DNA of 43,127 bases, taken from the NCBI GenBank assembly GCA_038153405.1, contig JAYOYH010000040.1, forward strand, positions 1 to 43,127, read 5' to 3'. This document shows, piece by piece, positions 9,490-18,694 of the stretch. Within the stretch, counting starts at the first letter, position 1, and every line of letters begins with the position of its first letter. Origin of the DNA: Gemmatimonadota bacterium (GTDB lineage Bacteria > Latescibacterota > UBA2968 > UBA8231). The translations under genes were made by a program, and so were the position numbers. The notes under the pieces are model-generated. The model searched no databases and was not told the DNA's origin. It saw only the letters and a program-made list of their open reading frames with translations.

Positions 9490-9539
9490 CTTCTTGCTGC
9501 GCAGGCTCCTGCAACCATAGACCCAATGCGGCAAACAGC

Positions 9540-9580
9540 AGCGCCCCGTGCAACTCGAGATCGTTGCACGGGGCGCTTTT
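9540..9580 (+). terminator. Intrinsic terminator between convergent operons
   Basis: Perfect 15-bp stem AGCGCCCCGTGCAAC / GTTGCACGGGGCGCT with 8-nt loop, followed by T-run. Confidence 0.8.
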
Positions 9581-9602
9581 ACGAACGCGTAGCGCAGAAC
9601 CC

Positions 9603-10172
9603 TTAGGCCGCCATATCCGCAAAGTAGCGATGCGCCGTCGCATCGGCCGTTAGTTCGGGGTGAAACGATGCCACTACAATGTGCCCCTGGCGCGCCATCA
9701 CCACATCACCTCGGCACTCGGCTAACGCCTCGACGCCGGCACCCAAACGGGTGATGCGCGGAGCGCGGATAAACACCATTTCCATAGCGCATTGGCCATC
9801 GGCCCCGCGAAACACGCCTTCGACCTCGGCGCTGTCGATCTGGCGTCCGTAGCCGTTGCGCTCGACGCCAATATCGATCAGACCCAGCGAACGCTGGGCG
9901 GGATTGCTAACGTCTTTGGCAAGCAATATCATACCCGCACAGGTGCCAAAGACGGGCTTGGCAGCCTTGGCAAAATCGCCGATTGCCTGCCAGAGCCCCG
10001 ACGAGTCCATCAGCTTGATCAGCGTCGTGCTCTCACCGCCGGGCATAATCAAGCCGTCGACCGCATCCAGCTGGCTCGGCTTTTTGACCACGCGCCAGGC
10101 CACCCCCAACTTTTCCAGCATGGCCCCGTGCGCCGCATAGTCTCCCTGCAGTCCCAGTACGCCTAATTCCAC
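9603..10172 (-). CDS. pdxT: Pyridoxal 5'-phosphate synthase glutaminase subunit
   Basis: GVLGLQGD, PGGESTT, GTCAGMILL, FIRAP, SFHPE. Confidence 0.97.
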   Translation of the reverse strand: MELGVLGLQGDYAAHGAMLEKLGVAWRVVKKPSQLDAVDGLIMPGGESTTLIKLMDSSGLWQAIGDFAKAAKPVFGTCAGMILLAKDVSNPAQRSLGLIDIGVERNGYGRQIDSAEVEGVFRGADGQCAMEMVFIRAPRITRLGAGVEALAECRGDVVMARQGHIVVASFHPELTADATAHRYFADMAA

Positions 10173-10189
10173 CGTTATACATCCTCATT

Positions 10190-10225
10190 ATAAAGGCCCC
10201 GTCTCCGTTATAGGGAGACGGGGCC
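10190..10225 (-). terminator. Terminator-like/stabilising hairpin between pdxS and pdxT
   Basis: 12-bp stem GGCCCCGTCTCC/GGAGACGGGGCC followed on the - strand by TTTAT. Confidence 0.55.
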
Positions 10226-10248
10226 GATCAATCGACGAGCGCCAGCGC

Positions 10249-11157
10249 TTACCAACCGCGCGTTTGCAGCTTGTCTTTTTCATCGAGCGTATCGATGTTG
10301 ATGCCCACCATCGCCTCGCCCAGATTTTCCGAAACGCGAATCAGCACATCCGGATCTTCGTAATGCGTCGTCGCCTCGACGATGGCCTTGGCGCGAATGA
10401 CAGGATCGCCCGATTTAAAAATACCCGAGCCGACAAAGACGGCTTCGGCACCCAGTTGCATCATCAGCGAGGCGTCGGCCGGCGTCGCCACGCCACCAGC
10501 CGCGAAGTTGGGCACCGGCAGCTTGCCGCTTTCGGCGACCATGCGGACGATTTCGTAGGGCGCCCCCAGATCTTTGGCAGCCGTCATCAGCTGCTCCGAA
10601 CGCAGCGTCGTCAAGCGGCGAAGTTCGTCGGTTACGGTGCGCATGTGGCGCACGGCCTCGACGATATTACCCGAGCCGGCCTCGCCCTTAGTGCGAATCA
10701 TCGCCGCGCCTTCGCCAATGCGACGCAGCGCTTCACCCAGGTTGCGACAGCCGCACACAAAGGGCACTTCAAAGGCAAATTTATCGATGTGGTAATGCTC
10801 GTCAGCCGGGGTCAACACTTCGCTTTCGTCGACGTAGTCAACGCCCAGTGCCTGCAGCATCTGCGCCTCGGCAAAGTGTCCTATGCGGCACTTGGCCATC
10901 ACTGGGATCGACACCGACTCCATGATTTCGCGCAGCTTTTCAATGCTCGACATACGCGCCACGCCGCCCTGGGCGCGGATATCGGCCGGCACGCGCTCCA
11001 GCGCCATGACGGAAGTTGCCCCTGCGTCTTCGGCGATCTTGGCCTGATCGGCCGTGACCACGTCCATAATGACGCCGCCTTTGAGCATCTCCGCCAAGCC
11101 CGTTTTCAGGCGTAGCGTGCCGGTATGACCGTTGTTGTGTCCGTTGTTCTCACTCAT
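10249..11157 (-). CDS. pdxS: Pyridoxal 5'-phosphate synthase lyase subunit
   Basis: [51 protein letters not shown]-terminal RGW. Confidence 0.98.
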   Translation of the reverse strand: MSENNGHNNGHTGTLRLKTGLAEMLKGGVIMDVVTADQAKIAEDAGATSVMALERVPADIRAQGGVARMSSIEKLREIMESVSIPVMAKCRIGHFAEAQMLQALGVDYVDESEVLTPADEHYHIDKFAFEVPFVCGCRNLGEALRRIGEGAAMIRTKGEAGSGNIVEAVRHMRTVTDELRRLTTLRSEQLMTAAKDLGAPYEIVRMVAESGKLPVPNFAAGGVATPADASLMMQLGAEAVFVGSGIFKSGDPVIRAKAIVEATTHYEDPDVLIRVSENLGEAMVGINIDTLDEKDKLQTRGW

Positions 11158-11202
11158 TCTGGGCTCCTTTAAACGGCAATACAGCGTTCTAAATTCATAC
11201 AG

Positions 11203-11231
11203 AACATACTCTAAGAGCTGCCACTTTGCAA
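11203..11231 (-). promoter_or_regulatory. Sigma70-like promoter of pdxST
   Basis: TTGCAA-17-TATGTT on the - strand, upstream of the AAGGAG RBS. Confidence 0.55.
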
Positions 11232-11268
11232 AAGGTGGGATAGAGATTTTCTCGGCGCGCCATGCGCG

Positions 11269-12702
11269 CTAACCGCGCAGGCGCCGCCAGTAGCTGATGC
11301 ACAGATTCCAAGCCCATAGGCGCAGCAAAAGCAGCGTCGCCAACCCGCCCAAAATCGCGCCTTGCACCAGCACGTTCAGCGGGGATCCCGGCAGCATGGG
11401 ACGCGCTAGCCACAGCACAATCGACACGCCCGCGACCACGCCTGCAGGACGCAGTAAATGACCTGCGTATTCAAAAAAAGACAGGCCAATCAACTTGTTG
11501 GCCAGCTGCTGTGAAAGGGCTAAAAAGAGCAGGGAGGAAGCGGCAATCACGCCCGTGACGCCCTCCAATCCGCGCGGTATTCCCACATAGTACATGGCCG
11601 GCACCAGCACGACCACGCTAAATAGCGACCAGTATAGCGACCAATCCGTGCGCCCTTTGGCCATAAACATCGATCCCACCATAGTGCCAACGACCTTGCA
11701 CAGCGTAGCCAGAGCCAGCAGGCGCAGCGCCGACAGCGCCGGTTCTTTGCCGAGCAGCAGCAGGACTTCGGGTGCAAAGACAAAAACGCCAACCAGCAGA
11801 GGCCCCATGCTGAGCATCAGACTTTGCACTGACTGCACATAGCCCTTGCGCAGCAGAGCATCGTCGTCCTGAATGGTGGAAAACGCCGGAAAGGAGACGC
11901 GATTTATCGTCGTAGCTAGGCGCGTCAGCGGCGTCAGCGTTAGCCGCTCGGCCATCGCATAGTAGCCCAGCGCTGCGCTGCCGAGCAGGGGGAAAATAAA
12001 GAAGTGAGCAATCTTGGTATTGAAGTAGGCGACCGCACGCGAGCCGGTAAAATGGAGCGCAAAGCGCAGCAGTTCGCGCAGCGCACCTGCACTCCAGTGC
12101 CGCCCCGGCAACCAGCGCGTCGAAGACCAAAGGCTACCCAACAGCCCCACCTCGCGAAAAACCGATGCGACGACCGGCACGTAGACCCCCCAAGAGGGAC
12201 GCGCCCACAGCAGCACCACGACCACTAGGGCAAAGCTGAGCGAAGAAACAACTTCTGAAATGGCGATCGCTGAGAAGTTGAGATCGCGCTGCAGGCGAGC
12301 GCGAAACACGGCAGAAACCGAGGCAAAGGGGACCAACCAACTCAAAATGCGCAACACGCGTACAAAGAGTTCGGGATCATCGCCCCCCAAAACGGTCGAC
12401 AGAGCCGGCGCGCAGGCGGAGACGAGAACCGTGAGCAACGCGCCCCAAACGACGTTGGTCCAAAATGCGGTGTCGAAGTGTTGCTCAGCCGTGTGACGCA
12501 GCTGCACTAGGGCTGCGCCTAGCCCTAAATCGCCGACGATGGCCAGCAGCATAACCAGCGACAATCCCCACTCAAAGCTGCCCAACTTCTCGACGTCTAA
12601 CAGCGCATAGAGCGCGACAATCGTCCCCAATTGTATAAGCGAGGCGCTACCGTTCCACAAAAAGCCGCGCACCGCGCGCGTGGCAAGGGACTGTGCGCTC
12701 AA
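11269..12702 (-). CDS. Wzx/WzxC-type polysaccharide flippase (PST family)
   Basis: DLGLGAALVQ, FDTAFW, RARLQRDLNF, LGYYAMA, RVSFPAFS; many TM helices; TTG start overlapping upstream stop. Confidence 0.88.
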   Translation of the reverse strand: MSAQSLATRAVRGFLWNGSASLIQLGTIVALYALLDVEKLGSFEWGLSLVMLLAIVGDLGLGAALVQLRHTAEQHFDTAFWTNVVWGALLTVLVSACAPALSTVLGGDDPELFVRVLRILSWLVPFASVSAVFRARLQRDLNFSAIAISEVVSSLSFALVVVVLLWARPSWGVYVPVVASVFREVGLLGSLWSSTRWLPGRHWSAGALRELLRFALHFTGSRAVAYFNTKIAHFFIFPLLGSAALGYYAMAERLTLTPLTRLATTINRVSFPAFSTIQDDDALLRKGYVQSVQSLMLSMGPLLVGVFVFAPEVLLLLGKEPALSALRLLALATLCKVVGTMVGSMFMAKGRTDWSLYWSLFSVVVLVPAMYYVGIPRGLEGVTGVIAASSLLFLALSQQLANKLIGLSFFEYAGHLLRPAGVVAGVSIVLWLARPMLPGSPLNVLVQGAILGGLATLLLLRLWAWNLCISYWRRLRG

Positions 12703-13526
12703 TCAGCGAGGCGCTGCAGATGGGCGCGCAGGCAGTCGAGATTGTCCAAGCTGTTGCTCTCCAATCCGTCCAGTCCAGCGCGCAGCGCTAGGCCTTCTGG
12801 CCGCTGCTTTACGTGCGTTTCAATGGCCAAATAGCCAGCGTAACCATCGGTTTTTAGCGCCGCCAGCTGTCCGGCCCAGTCGACTATGCCATCGGCCATC
12901 AGCGACCAGGCATTTCTATCCGGGCAAAAATTCTTTACGTGCACGTGTTCGACTAAATGGCTCAGTTGGGCGTACTCGCCGGGAAAGGCGTCGCGCGAAC
13001 CGGCACGCGCCGAGTTGCCCGGATCCCACAGCAGCGCAACGTTTTCGGCACCGACGCGGCGCACGATATCGGCCGCTTCCAACCCGGTATTGCCCCAACA
13101 CACAGCTTCGTTTTCTAAAACGAGCCGACAGTCGTGTTGTGCGGCGATAGCCGCCATCTGTGCCAGATAGTCGACGACCTGCTGCGGCACGGCGCCTTCG
13201 CCGCGCAAAAAGCCAAAGACCGAAACCAGATCCGTCCCCCAGCGCCGCGCCCACTCGCAGGAGCGCGGCAGCAGCGCATCGATGCCGTCTAACACCTGCG
13301 GATCGTCGAGCGCGCATTTGAACAGACCCGGCGAAACGCTCGAGACGTGGCGCCCGGCATCGGCGACCCACTGACCCACGTCGGCCAGTTCCCCGTCGCC
13401 TACGCGCGGGAAGCGCCCGCCGGGCAGGTTGCGCACCTCTACGGCATCGATACCCCACTCGACCGCCAGCTCAATGGCGCGGCGCGGATCGGCACTCACT
13501 TCGTCGGTAAAAATGGACAGCTGCAT
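12699..13526 (-). CDS. Sugar phosphate isomerase/epimerase (xylose-isomerase-like TIM barrel)
   Basis: LSIFTDEV, LVLENE, LLWDPGN, HVHVKN, LAIETH metal motifs; AGAGG RBS. Confidence 0.88.
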   Translation of the reverse strand: MQLSIFTDEVSADPRRAIELAVEWGIDAVEVRNLPGGRFPRVGDGELADVGQWVADAGRHVSSVSPGLFKCALDDPQVLDGIDALLPRSCEWARRWGTDLVSVFGFLRGEGAVPQQVVDYLAQMAAIAAQHDCRLVLENEAVCWGNTGLEAADIVRRVGAENVALLWDPGNSARAGSRDAFPGEYAQLSHLVEHVHVKNFCPDRNAWSLMADGIVDWAGQLAALKTDGYAGYLAIETHVKQRPEGLALRAGLDGLESNSLDNLDCLRAHLQRLAD

Positions 13527-13527
13527 A

Positions 13528-15417
13528 TTACCTCTGGTATGTGACCTGTGCACTAGCTAAGCGCCCCGCTTTGCCAAATACGTTGACCGCCCGCACCGCT
13601 AAGCTATTCGGACCATCCTCCAGCGCCCAGTCCATTTCGACCTCGCGCACTTCCTGCCACTCGCCTTGGCCAACCTGTACCTCAAAATGCGAGAAGTTGG
13701 GCGCCGTGTGTTCGAAGAGCACGCGCAGCACACCGGCCCTGTCCGATGCCTGCATATAGATGCGCGTTTGGTTGACCGACCAGTAGAAATCAGCCGGACG
13801 CGTCGTTTGCAGCGAGTATTCGGGATACGTCGGGTCGATGTGATCGGACCACCACAAATAGCCGTCGTAGTGATACTGGCGATTGCCGTGGCGCAGCTCG
13901 GCTGGCTCGGCATTGGTCAGGTGGTTGTTGCGCAGGGGAATGCCAAAGCGACAAAATGTCTCCACATAGCGATCCATCGGTTCGACTTTGTTCTGTGGCA
14001 GCTTGTTGGACATAATCTCGTCGCGTCGTCCAGCCAACAGCGCCTCGTGCAGTTCCAGCGCATTGATCGGCACGCTGTCGATCTCATACGTCGCATCGTA
14101 CTCGCGGCAGGGACCAGCGTCTTCTAAAATCCACTTTTGCAGCTCCTCGCACCACACTTCGGCCAAGCAATGATGATCGACGATCAGCACGCGTGCCACC
14201 CAGCCCAAGGCGCTGGCACAGCCGGCAAAAGTCGCCCCATAGTGCGTGCACATGCCAAAGCCCCAATCGCCTTTGGTCGTCTCGAGAATTTCCAGCGGAT
14301 CCCACGGCGGACAGTAGGGATATTTTTGCGATTGCCATCCCAACCACTGGCTATGTACCCAATCGCGCAGCAGCGCCAGCTGCTCCAATTCGGTTGTGCC
14401 GTCGGCAATCACGTCGTCGAGGCGGTGTTGCTTGCGCAGGCGATCGAGCCGGGCGTGCGGTGCCAGATACGCAAATGGGTAGGAGCTATGGGCTAGCTGC
14501 GGCTGGTCTAGCGCCACCAGTTCAACCCCGTCCACGCTCTTGGCATCTTCCCTTACATCGACTTCCAGCTTCGCGCTCTTGAGCGTTGGCGTCGCATCGG
14601 CCGAGTCGGTGCGCAGCACGGCGCGGAACTGCACAAAGCGGCCCGGCCAGTCCAGTCGCGCAGTCGCCGACCACGCCGTCCACGCGCGCGGGTCAAAGCC
14701 CGGCGTCGAGCCCGAGCGCATTTCGAACTCAATGGCCGTCCCCGACGGCGCATCGACCTGTGCTTTGAGCTCAATTTTGCGCAGCCCCATCTGCGGTGCA
14801 ATGCAGCCGTCTGCGCCCGGATCGGCCACGTCGATAACGGGCGAGGTGAGCGTGCCCGCTGGCGGATGGCCCTTCACCCGCAGTCGCACGAGATACTCGC
14901 CGCGCACGTCGCGCTTGGGACCGAGCGCATCGCCGTGCCAGCTCTTGCCGCCGTCAAAGCTGCGACCGCTGTGGCTGACGCGCACGTCGGCGTGGCCGCC
15001 TGGATGCGGATCGATGTGCAAAACGCCGTGATGCGAAAAGACAAATTGGTTATCGCCTTCCTGCAGGTAGCGGGCGTGAATGCGCTTGCGATCCCAGCCG
15101 CCGGTCAACATCTTGTCCCTGTCCTGGCGATGCGTCAGCGCGTGGCCGTTGACCAGCAGTTGCATAGGCGTCTCGCGCGTGCCGTCATAGGCATTGACGT
15201 AAAAGAGCAGTTCGGCGCCTTTGACGTTTGCAGAGTGGAGGTGGAAATCGATGCGCGACCACTCGGCAGCGCTGAGCGTCTCGTGCAGGCCGCCCTCTAT
15301 GCCGCTCTCGTGTGCAATGAGGTACGTCGGCGCCAGACGGGCGCTGCGCCGCGTCTGCGCGTCGATAAAGCGATCGCGTGTCCAGGTGCGAAAATCGGTG
15401 AACGATAGCGTTCTCAT
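13528..15417 (-). CDS. Multidomain protein with transglutaminase-like domain
   Basis: GFGMCTHY...ALGWVARV...HCLAEVW.EELQKWILED Cys-His-Asp signature; AGGAGG RBS before ATG 15417. Confidence 0.72.
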   Translation of the reverse strand: MRTLSFTDFRTWTRDRFIDAQTRRSARLAPTYLIAHESGIEGGLHETLSAAEWSRIDFHLHSANVKGAELLFYVNAYDGTRETPMQLLVNGHALTHRQDRDKMLTGGWDRKRIHARYLQEGDNQFVFSHHGVLHIDPHPGGHADVRVSHSGRSFDGGKSWHGDALGPKRDVRGEYLVRLRVKGHPPAGTLTSPVIDVADPGADGCIAPQMGLRKIELKAQVDAPSGTAIEFEMRSGSTPGFDPRAWTAWSATARLDWPGRFVQFRAVLRTDSADATPTLKSAKLEVDVREDAKSVDGVELVALDQPQLAHSSYPFAYLAPHARLDRLRKQHRLDDVIADGTTELEQLALLRDWVHSQWLGWQSQKYPYCPPWDPLEILETTKGDWGFGMCTHYGATFAGCASALGWVARVLIVDHHCLAEVWCEELQKWILEDAGPCREYDATYEIDSVPINALELHEALLAGRRDEIMSNKLPQNKVEPMDRYVETFCRFGIPLRNNHLTNAEPAELRHGNRQYHYDGYLWWSDHIDPTYPEYSLQTTRPADFYWSVNQTRIYMQASDRAGVLRVLFEHTAPNFSHFEVQVGQGEWQEVREVEMDWALEDGPNSLAVRAVNVFGKAGRLASAQVTYQR

Positions 15418-15498
15418 ATTTCTTGCCTCCTGCAGGAAATTTCTGCGGAAATGTACCTCTCGCATCCGCGGTGGGCAAACCCGGCAAAGGAAAGTGCC

Positions 15499-17082
15499 AT
15501 GGCCGACATCGTCCTCTACAACGCGGTAATCCACACCCTAAACGCGCAGCAGCCGCGCGCCTCGGCCATTTCTATAGACGGCGGGCAGGTGCGAGCCTGT
15601 GGCGGCGATGACGCCATGCGCGCCCTGCTAAAACGCGGAGGGCACGCGCTCGACCTGCAGGGCCGCTGCGTGGTCCCCGGCCTCATTGACGCACACGTGC
15701 ACTTCGAGGGTTTTGCCCTCGGCCTGAGCGCAGTCGACGCAGAGACCGCTTCCCTTGACGAGCTATTGGAAAGAGTGCGCACGCGCGCGCAGCAAACGCC
15801 GATCGACCAATGGATTCTCGGTTGGGGCTGGAACCACAACGCCTGGGATGGGCAGTGGCCCCATAAAAGCCAGTTGGATCGCGTCGCGCCCGACCATCCC
15901 ATTTTCCTACGCGCCAAGAGTGGACACGCCGGCTGGGCCAATAGCCGCGCGCTGGCGCTGGCCGGCGTCGATCGCAGCACGCCCGATTTAGCCGGCGGAC
16001 AGATCGCGCGCGACGGCAGCGGCGAAGCCACTGGCATCCTATTAGAAGGAGCGCAGGCGCTGATCCCCGCCCCCGAACCATCGGTCGAAGAGGCCGCTCG
16101 CGCCATACACCTAGCGCAGCAGCAGGCACTGGCGCGCGGACTAACGGGCGTGCACGATGTCGACGGCACGCGCGCCTTTGCCGCTTGGCAGCTGCTGCGG
16201 GCGCGCGAACACATGCAGCTGCGCGTCTGCAAAAGCATTCCTTCGAGCAAGCTCGACGAGGCTCTGGCCGTCGGCCTGCGCTCCGGCCTAGGCGACACCT
16301 GGCTACGCTTGGGAGGGATCAAGTACTTCTCCGACGGGGCACTCGGCCCGCGCACCGCCTGGATGCTCAATCCCTTTGCGGGCGAGCCGGACAACGTCGG
16401 TATGGCACTCATGGATATGGACCAACTGCGCGACGACGTGCTGCGCGCTAGTGCGGGCGGCCTGAGCTGCTGGATACACGCCATCGGCGACCGCGCCAAC
16501 CGCGAGGTGCTAGACGCGCTGGATGCCGTGCGCGGCGACGGCTTGCGCCACCGCATCGAACACGCACAGCTACTGCATGCCGACGATCTACCGCGCTTTG
16601 CGGAGCAGGGCGTTATCGCCTCCGTGCAGCCGATTCACGCTACTTCCGATATGCACATCGTCGAGCGCTTCTGGGGCCAGCGCGGGCGCCTGGCCTATGC
16701 CTTCAATAGCCTGCTGTCCAGCGGCGCGGCCGTCGCCTTCGGCTCAGATAACCCCGTCGAGCCGATCGATCCCCTGTGGGGCATCCACGCGGCGGTGACG
16801 CGGCGGCGCGCGGACGGCAGCCCGCACGAGGAGGGGTTCTATCCGCAGGAACGCCTGACGCCGCTCGAAGCGCTGCATGGCTACGCGCTGGGCGCGGCGT
16901 ACGCATCGGGCGAAGAAGCGCTCAAGGGCTCCCTTGCGCCGGGTAAGCTGGCCGACCTGGTCGTCCTCGACGGCGATCTGTGCGCGATAGATCCCATGCA
17001 GCTACGCGACCTGCATGTGCTCGGCACCATGGTCGGCGGCATTTGGCGCTACCGCGCCGAACATTTTGATACGGGAGAGTAG
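15499..17082 (+). CDS. Amidohydrolase 3 family (YtcJ-like)
   Basis: PGLIDAHVH, IKYFSDGALG, IHAIGDRA, RHRIEHAQ, FGSDNPV, GKLADLVVL. Confidence 0.93.
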   Translation: MADIVLYNAVIHTLNAQQPRASAISIDGGQVRACGGDDAMRALLKRGGHALDLQGRCVVPGLIDAHVHFEGFALGLSAVDAETASLDELLERVRTRAQQTPIDQWILGWGWNHNAWDGQWPHKSQLDRVAPDHPIFLRAKSGHAGWANSRALALAGVDRSTPDLAGGQIARDGSGEATGILLEGAQALIPAPEPSVEEAARAIHLAQQQALARGLTGVHDVDGTRAFAAWQLLRAREHMQLRVCKSIPSSKLDEALAVGLRSGLGDTWLRLGGIKYFSDGALGPRTAWMLNPFAGEPDNVGMALMDMDQLRDDVLRASAGGLSCWIHAIGDRANREVLDALDAVRGDGLRHRIEHAQLLHADDLPRFAEQGVIASVQPIHATSDMHIVERFWGQRGRLAYAFNSLLSSGAAVAFGSDNPVEPIDPLWGIHAAVTRRRADGSPHEEGFYPQERLTPLEALHGYALGAAYASGEEALKGSLAPGKLADLVVLDGDLCAIDPMQLRDLHVLGTMVGGIWRYRAEHFDTGE

Positions 17083-17088
17083 CGGCTC

Positions 17089-17859
17089 TCAGTTCCAGGC
17101 GCTTTGCACATATTCCCGCGCCGCCACTAGCGCTTCCCGAGGTTCGGCCCAGTCTACCCCTTCCATTTCAATGACCAAGTCGCCCGCGTAGTCGGCACCC
17201 TTTAACAGCGAAAATAGATCGGCGAAAGGTAGATCCCCTGCGCCAAAGGGCACCGGGCGATCGCCCTGCTGATCGCGCAGATGCACTAGGCCAATGCGCC
17301 CGGCAAAGGCCTCGGCAAAGGCCAGCACGTCCTCGCCAGCCGACAGCAAGTGGCCGGTGTCAACCAGCACGCGGGCACGCGCATCCAACTCCGGCATTAC
17401 GGCTTGAAAATCGTCCAAACCCTGTAGGCGGTTGCCGCACTCGTTGCCCAAGTTGAGGGCGGTCTCCGGCAGCCGCTCCAGCAGCGCATTGACGCCCTCG
17501 ACCAGGTCTTCCAGCGCCTCGTCCGTGCGCGCACCTCCCTTGACATTAAACGCGCTCAAGCCCAGCGCCCGCCCCAGGTGAATATCCCATTCTAACTGGC
17601 GCAGGTTGTAGGGCAGGTTGCGCTCGTCCGAGTCGGCCTTGCGACCCGTTAGGTTGCGAATATTCAGACCCGTCAGCACAAAGCCCGCAGCACTGATGCG
17701 CTCGCGCACCATGGGCACCGACGTATTCGGATGCACCGGACTGCTTTCGGTCGCGTCGCGAAACAGCTCGATACAGCGAAAACCGCTGGCGGCGGCCAGT
17801 TCCAGCGCCTGAGGCAGTTCCAACTGGGGACAAGCCGTTGGGCTAAATACGACATTCAT
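17089..17859 (-). CDS. Sugar phosphate isomerase/epimerase family protein
   Basis: LVDTGH, LVHLRD, PFGAGDL, YAGDLVIEME; ATG overlaps upstream TAA. Confidence 0.85.
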   Translation of the reverse strand: MNVVFSPTACPQLELPQALELAAASGFRCIELFRDATESSPVHPNTSVPMVRERISAAGFVLTGLNIRNLTGRKADSDERNLPYNLRQLEWDIHLGRALGLSAFNVKGGARTDEALEDLVEGVNALLERLPETALNLGNECGNRLQGLDDFQAVMPELDARARVLVDTGHLLSAGEDVLAFAEAFAGRIGLVHLRDQQGDRPVPFGAGDLPFADLFSLLKGADYAGDLVIEMEGVDWAEPREALVAAREYVQSAWN

Positions 17860-18611
17860 TACTCGATTCCCTCCCACTGCTCCCACATATCGTCTGGCAT
17901 CTCAAAGCGGATGTCGTTGCTATCCTTGCGCGAGAAACGGCCGATCAGCGCCATGCGAATATTCCGATTTACGTTCTTGCTGCCCGTGTGCACCATCTGC
18001 CCGTGCCAAAAGCACACATCGCCCGGCGCGCCCTCAAACTCCACCGATCGGGGCATATCTTCGTCGCTCCAAATGCGATTCGACGAACCGCCCTGCACGG
18101 ACAGCAGCGAGTGCGTTTTGAAGTACTCATGCGCCATGCGGTGCGTGCCCGGAAAGAACGTAAAACAGCCGCCGCGGTGCTCGATGTGCTCGACGTAAAT
18201 GGTGACGTTAATCGTCATATAGCCCACCGTACCTTCGGGCACGCCGTTGGTCGGCGTGTAGTAACCGTCGAGGTGGCCGTGTTTGGCTTCTTTCCACTCG
18301 TCGTCGCCGGCTGGAAAAACTAGGTGCGGTCCCGGCCCGCCGGGGTTGAGCTGGCCCTGACCGACCATTTCCTCCATCATCGCAAAAACCGGCGATTCCT
18401 GCACGGTGGCGCGAATGGCCGGGTGGCTGCCCGGACAGGGCACGCGCGGTCCGGCCTGGACCCAAGTCTCGGGCCGATCGCGGTCGGCCTCAATGCCCTC
18501 CCACAGCGCGTCGCGCGCTGCCTGAACCTGCGCTTCGCTCAGCACGCCGCGCTTGATGAGATAGCCATTCTGCTTAAAGAAGGCCTTGTCTTCCAACGTG
18601 AGATAGGCCAT
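17859..18611 (-). CDS. Phytanoyl-CoA dioxygenase (PhyH) family 2OG-Fe(II) oxygenase
   Basis: FFKQNGYL, HLD, FPGTH, GDVCFWHGQMVH, NIRMA. Confidence 0.9.
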   Translation of the reverse strand: MAYLTLEDKAFFKQNGYLIKRGVLSEAQVQAARDALWEGIEADRDRPETWVQAGPRVPCPGSHPAIRATVQESPVFAMMEEMVGQGQLNPGGPGPHLVFPAGDDEWKEAKHGHLDGYYTPTNGVPEGTVGYMTINVTIYVEHIEHRGGCFTFFPGTHRMAHEYFKTHSLLSVQGGSSNRIWSDEDMPRSVEFEGAPGDVCFWHGQMVHTGSKNVNRNIRMALIGRFSRKDSNDIRFEMPDDMWEQWEGIE

Positions 18612-18694
18612 TGCCTACACCCTCCTGCCAATTGATGCGCGTAGATAACTCACCCCAATAGAGGACGAAATATAGCCGGACGCGTGAACCGCGT

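Noticed and set aside
10264..11115. Long antisense ORFs (also 15516-16556, 27052-27876, 38801-39745, 4190-4981)
   Set aside because: Shadow frames of well-supported genes in high-GC DNA; no motifs
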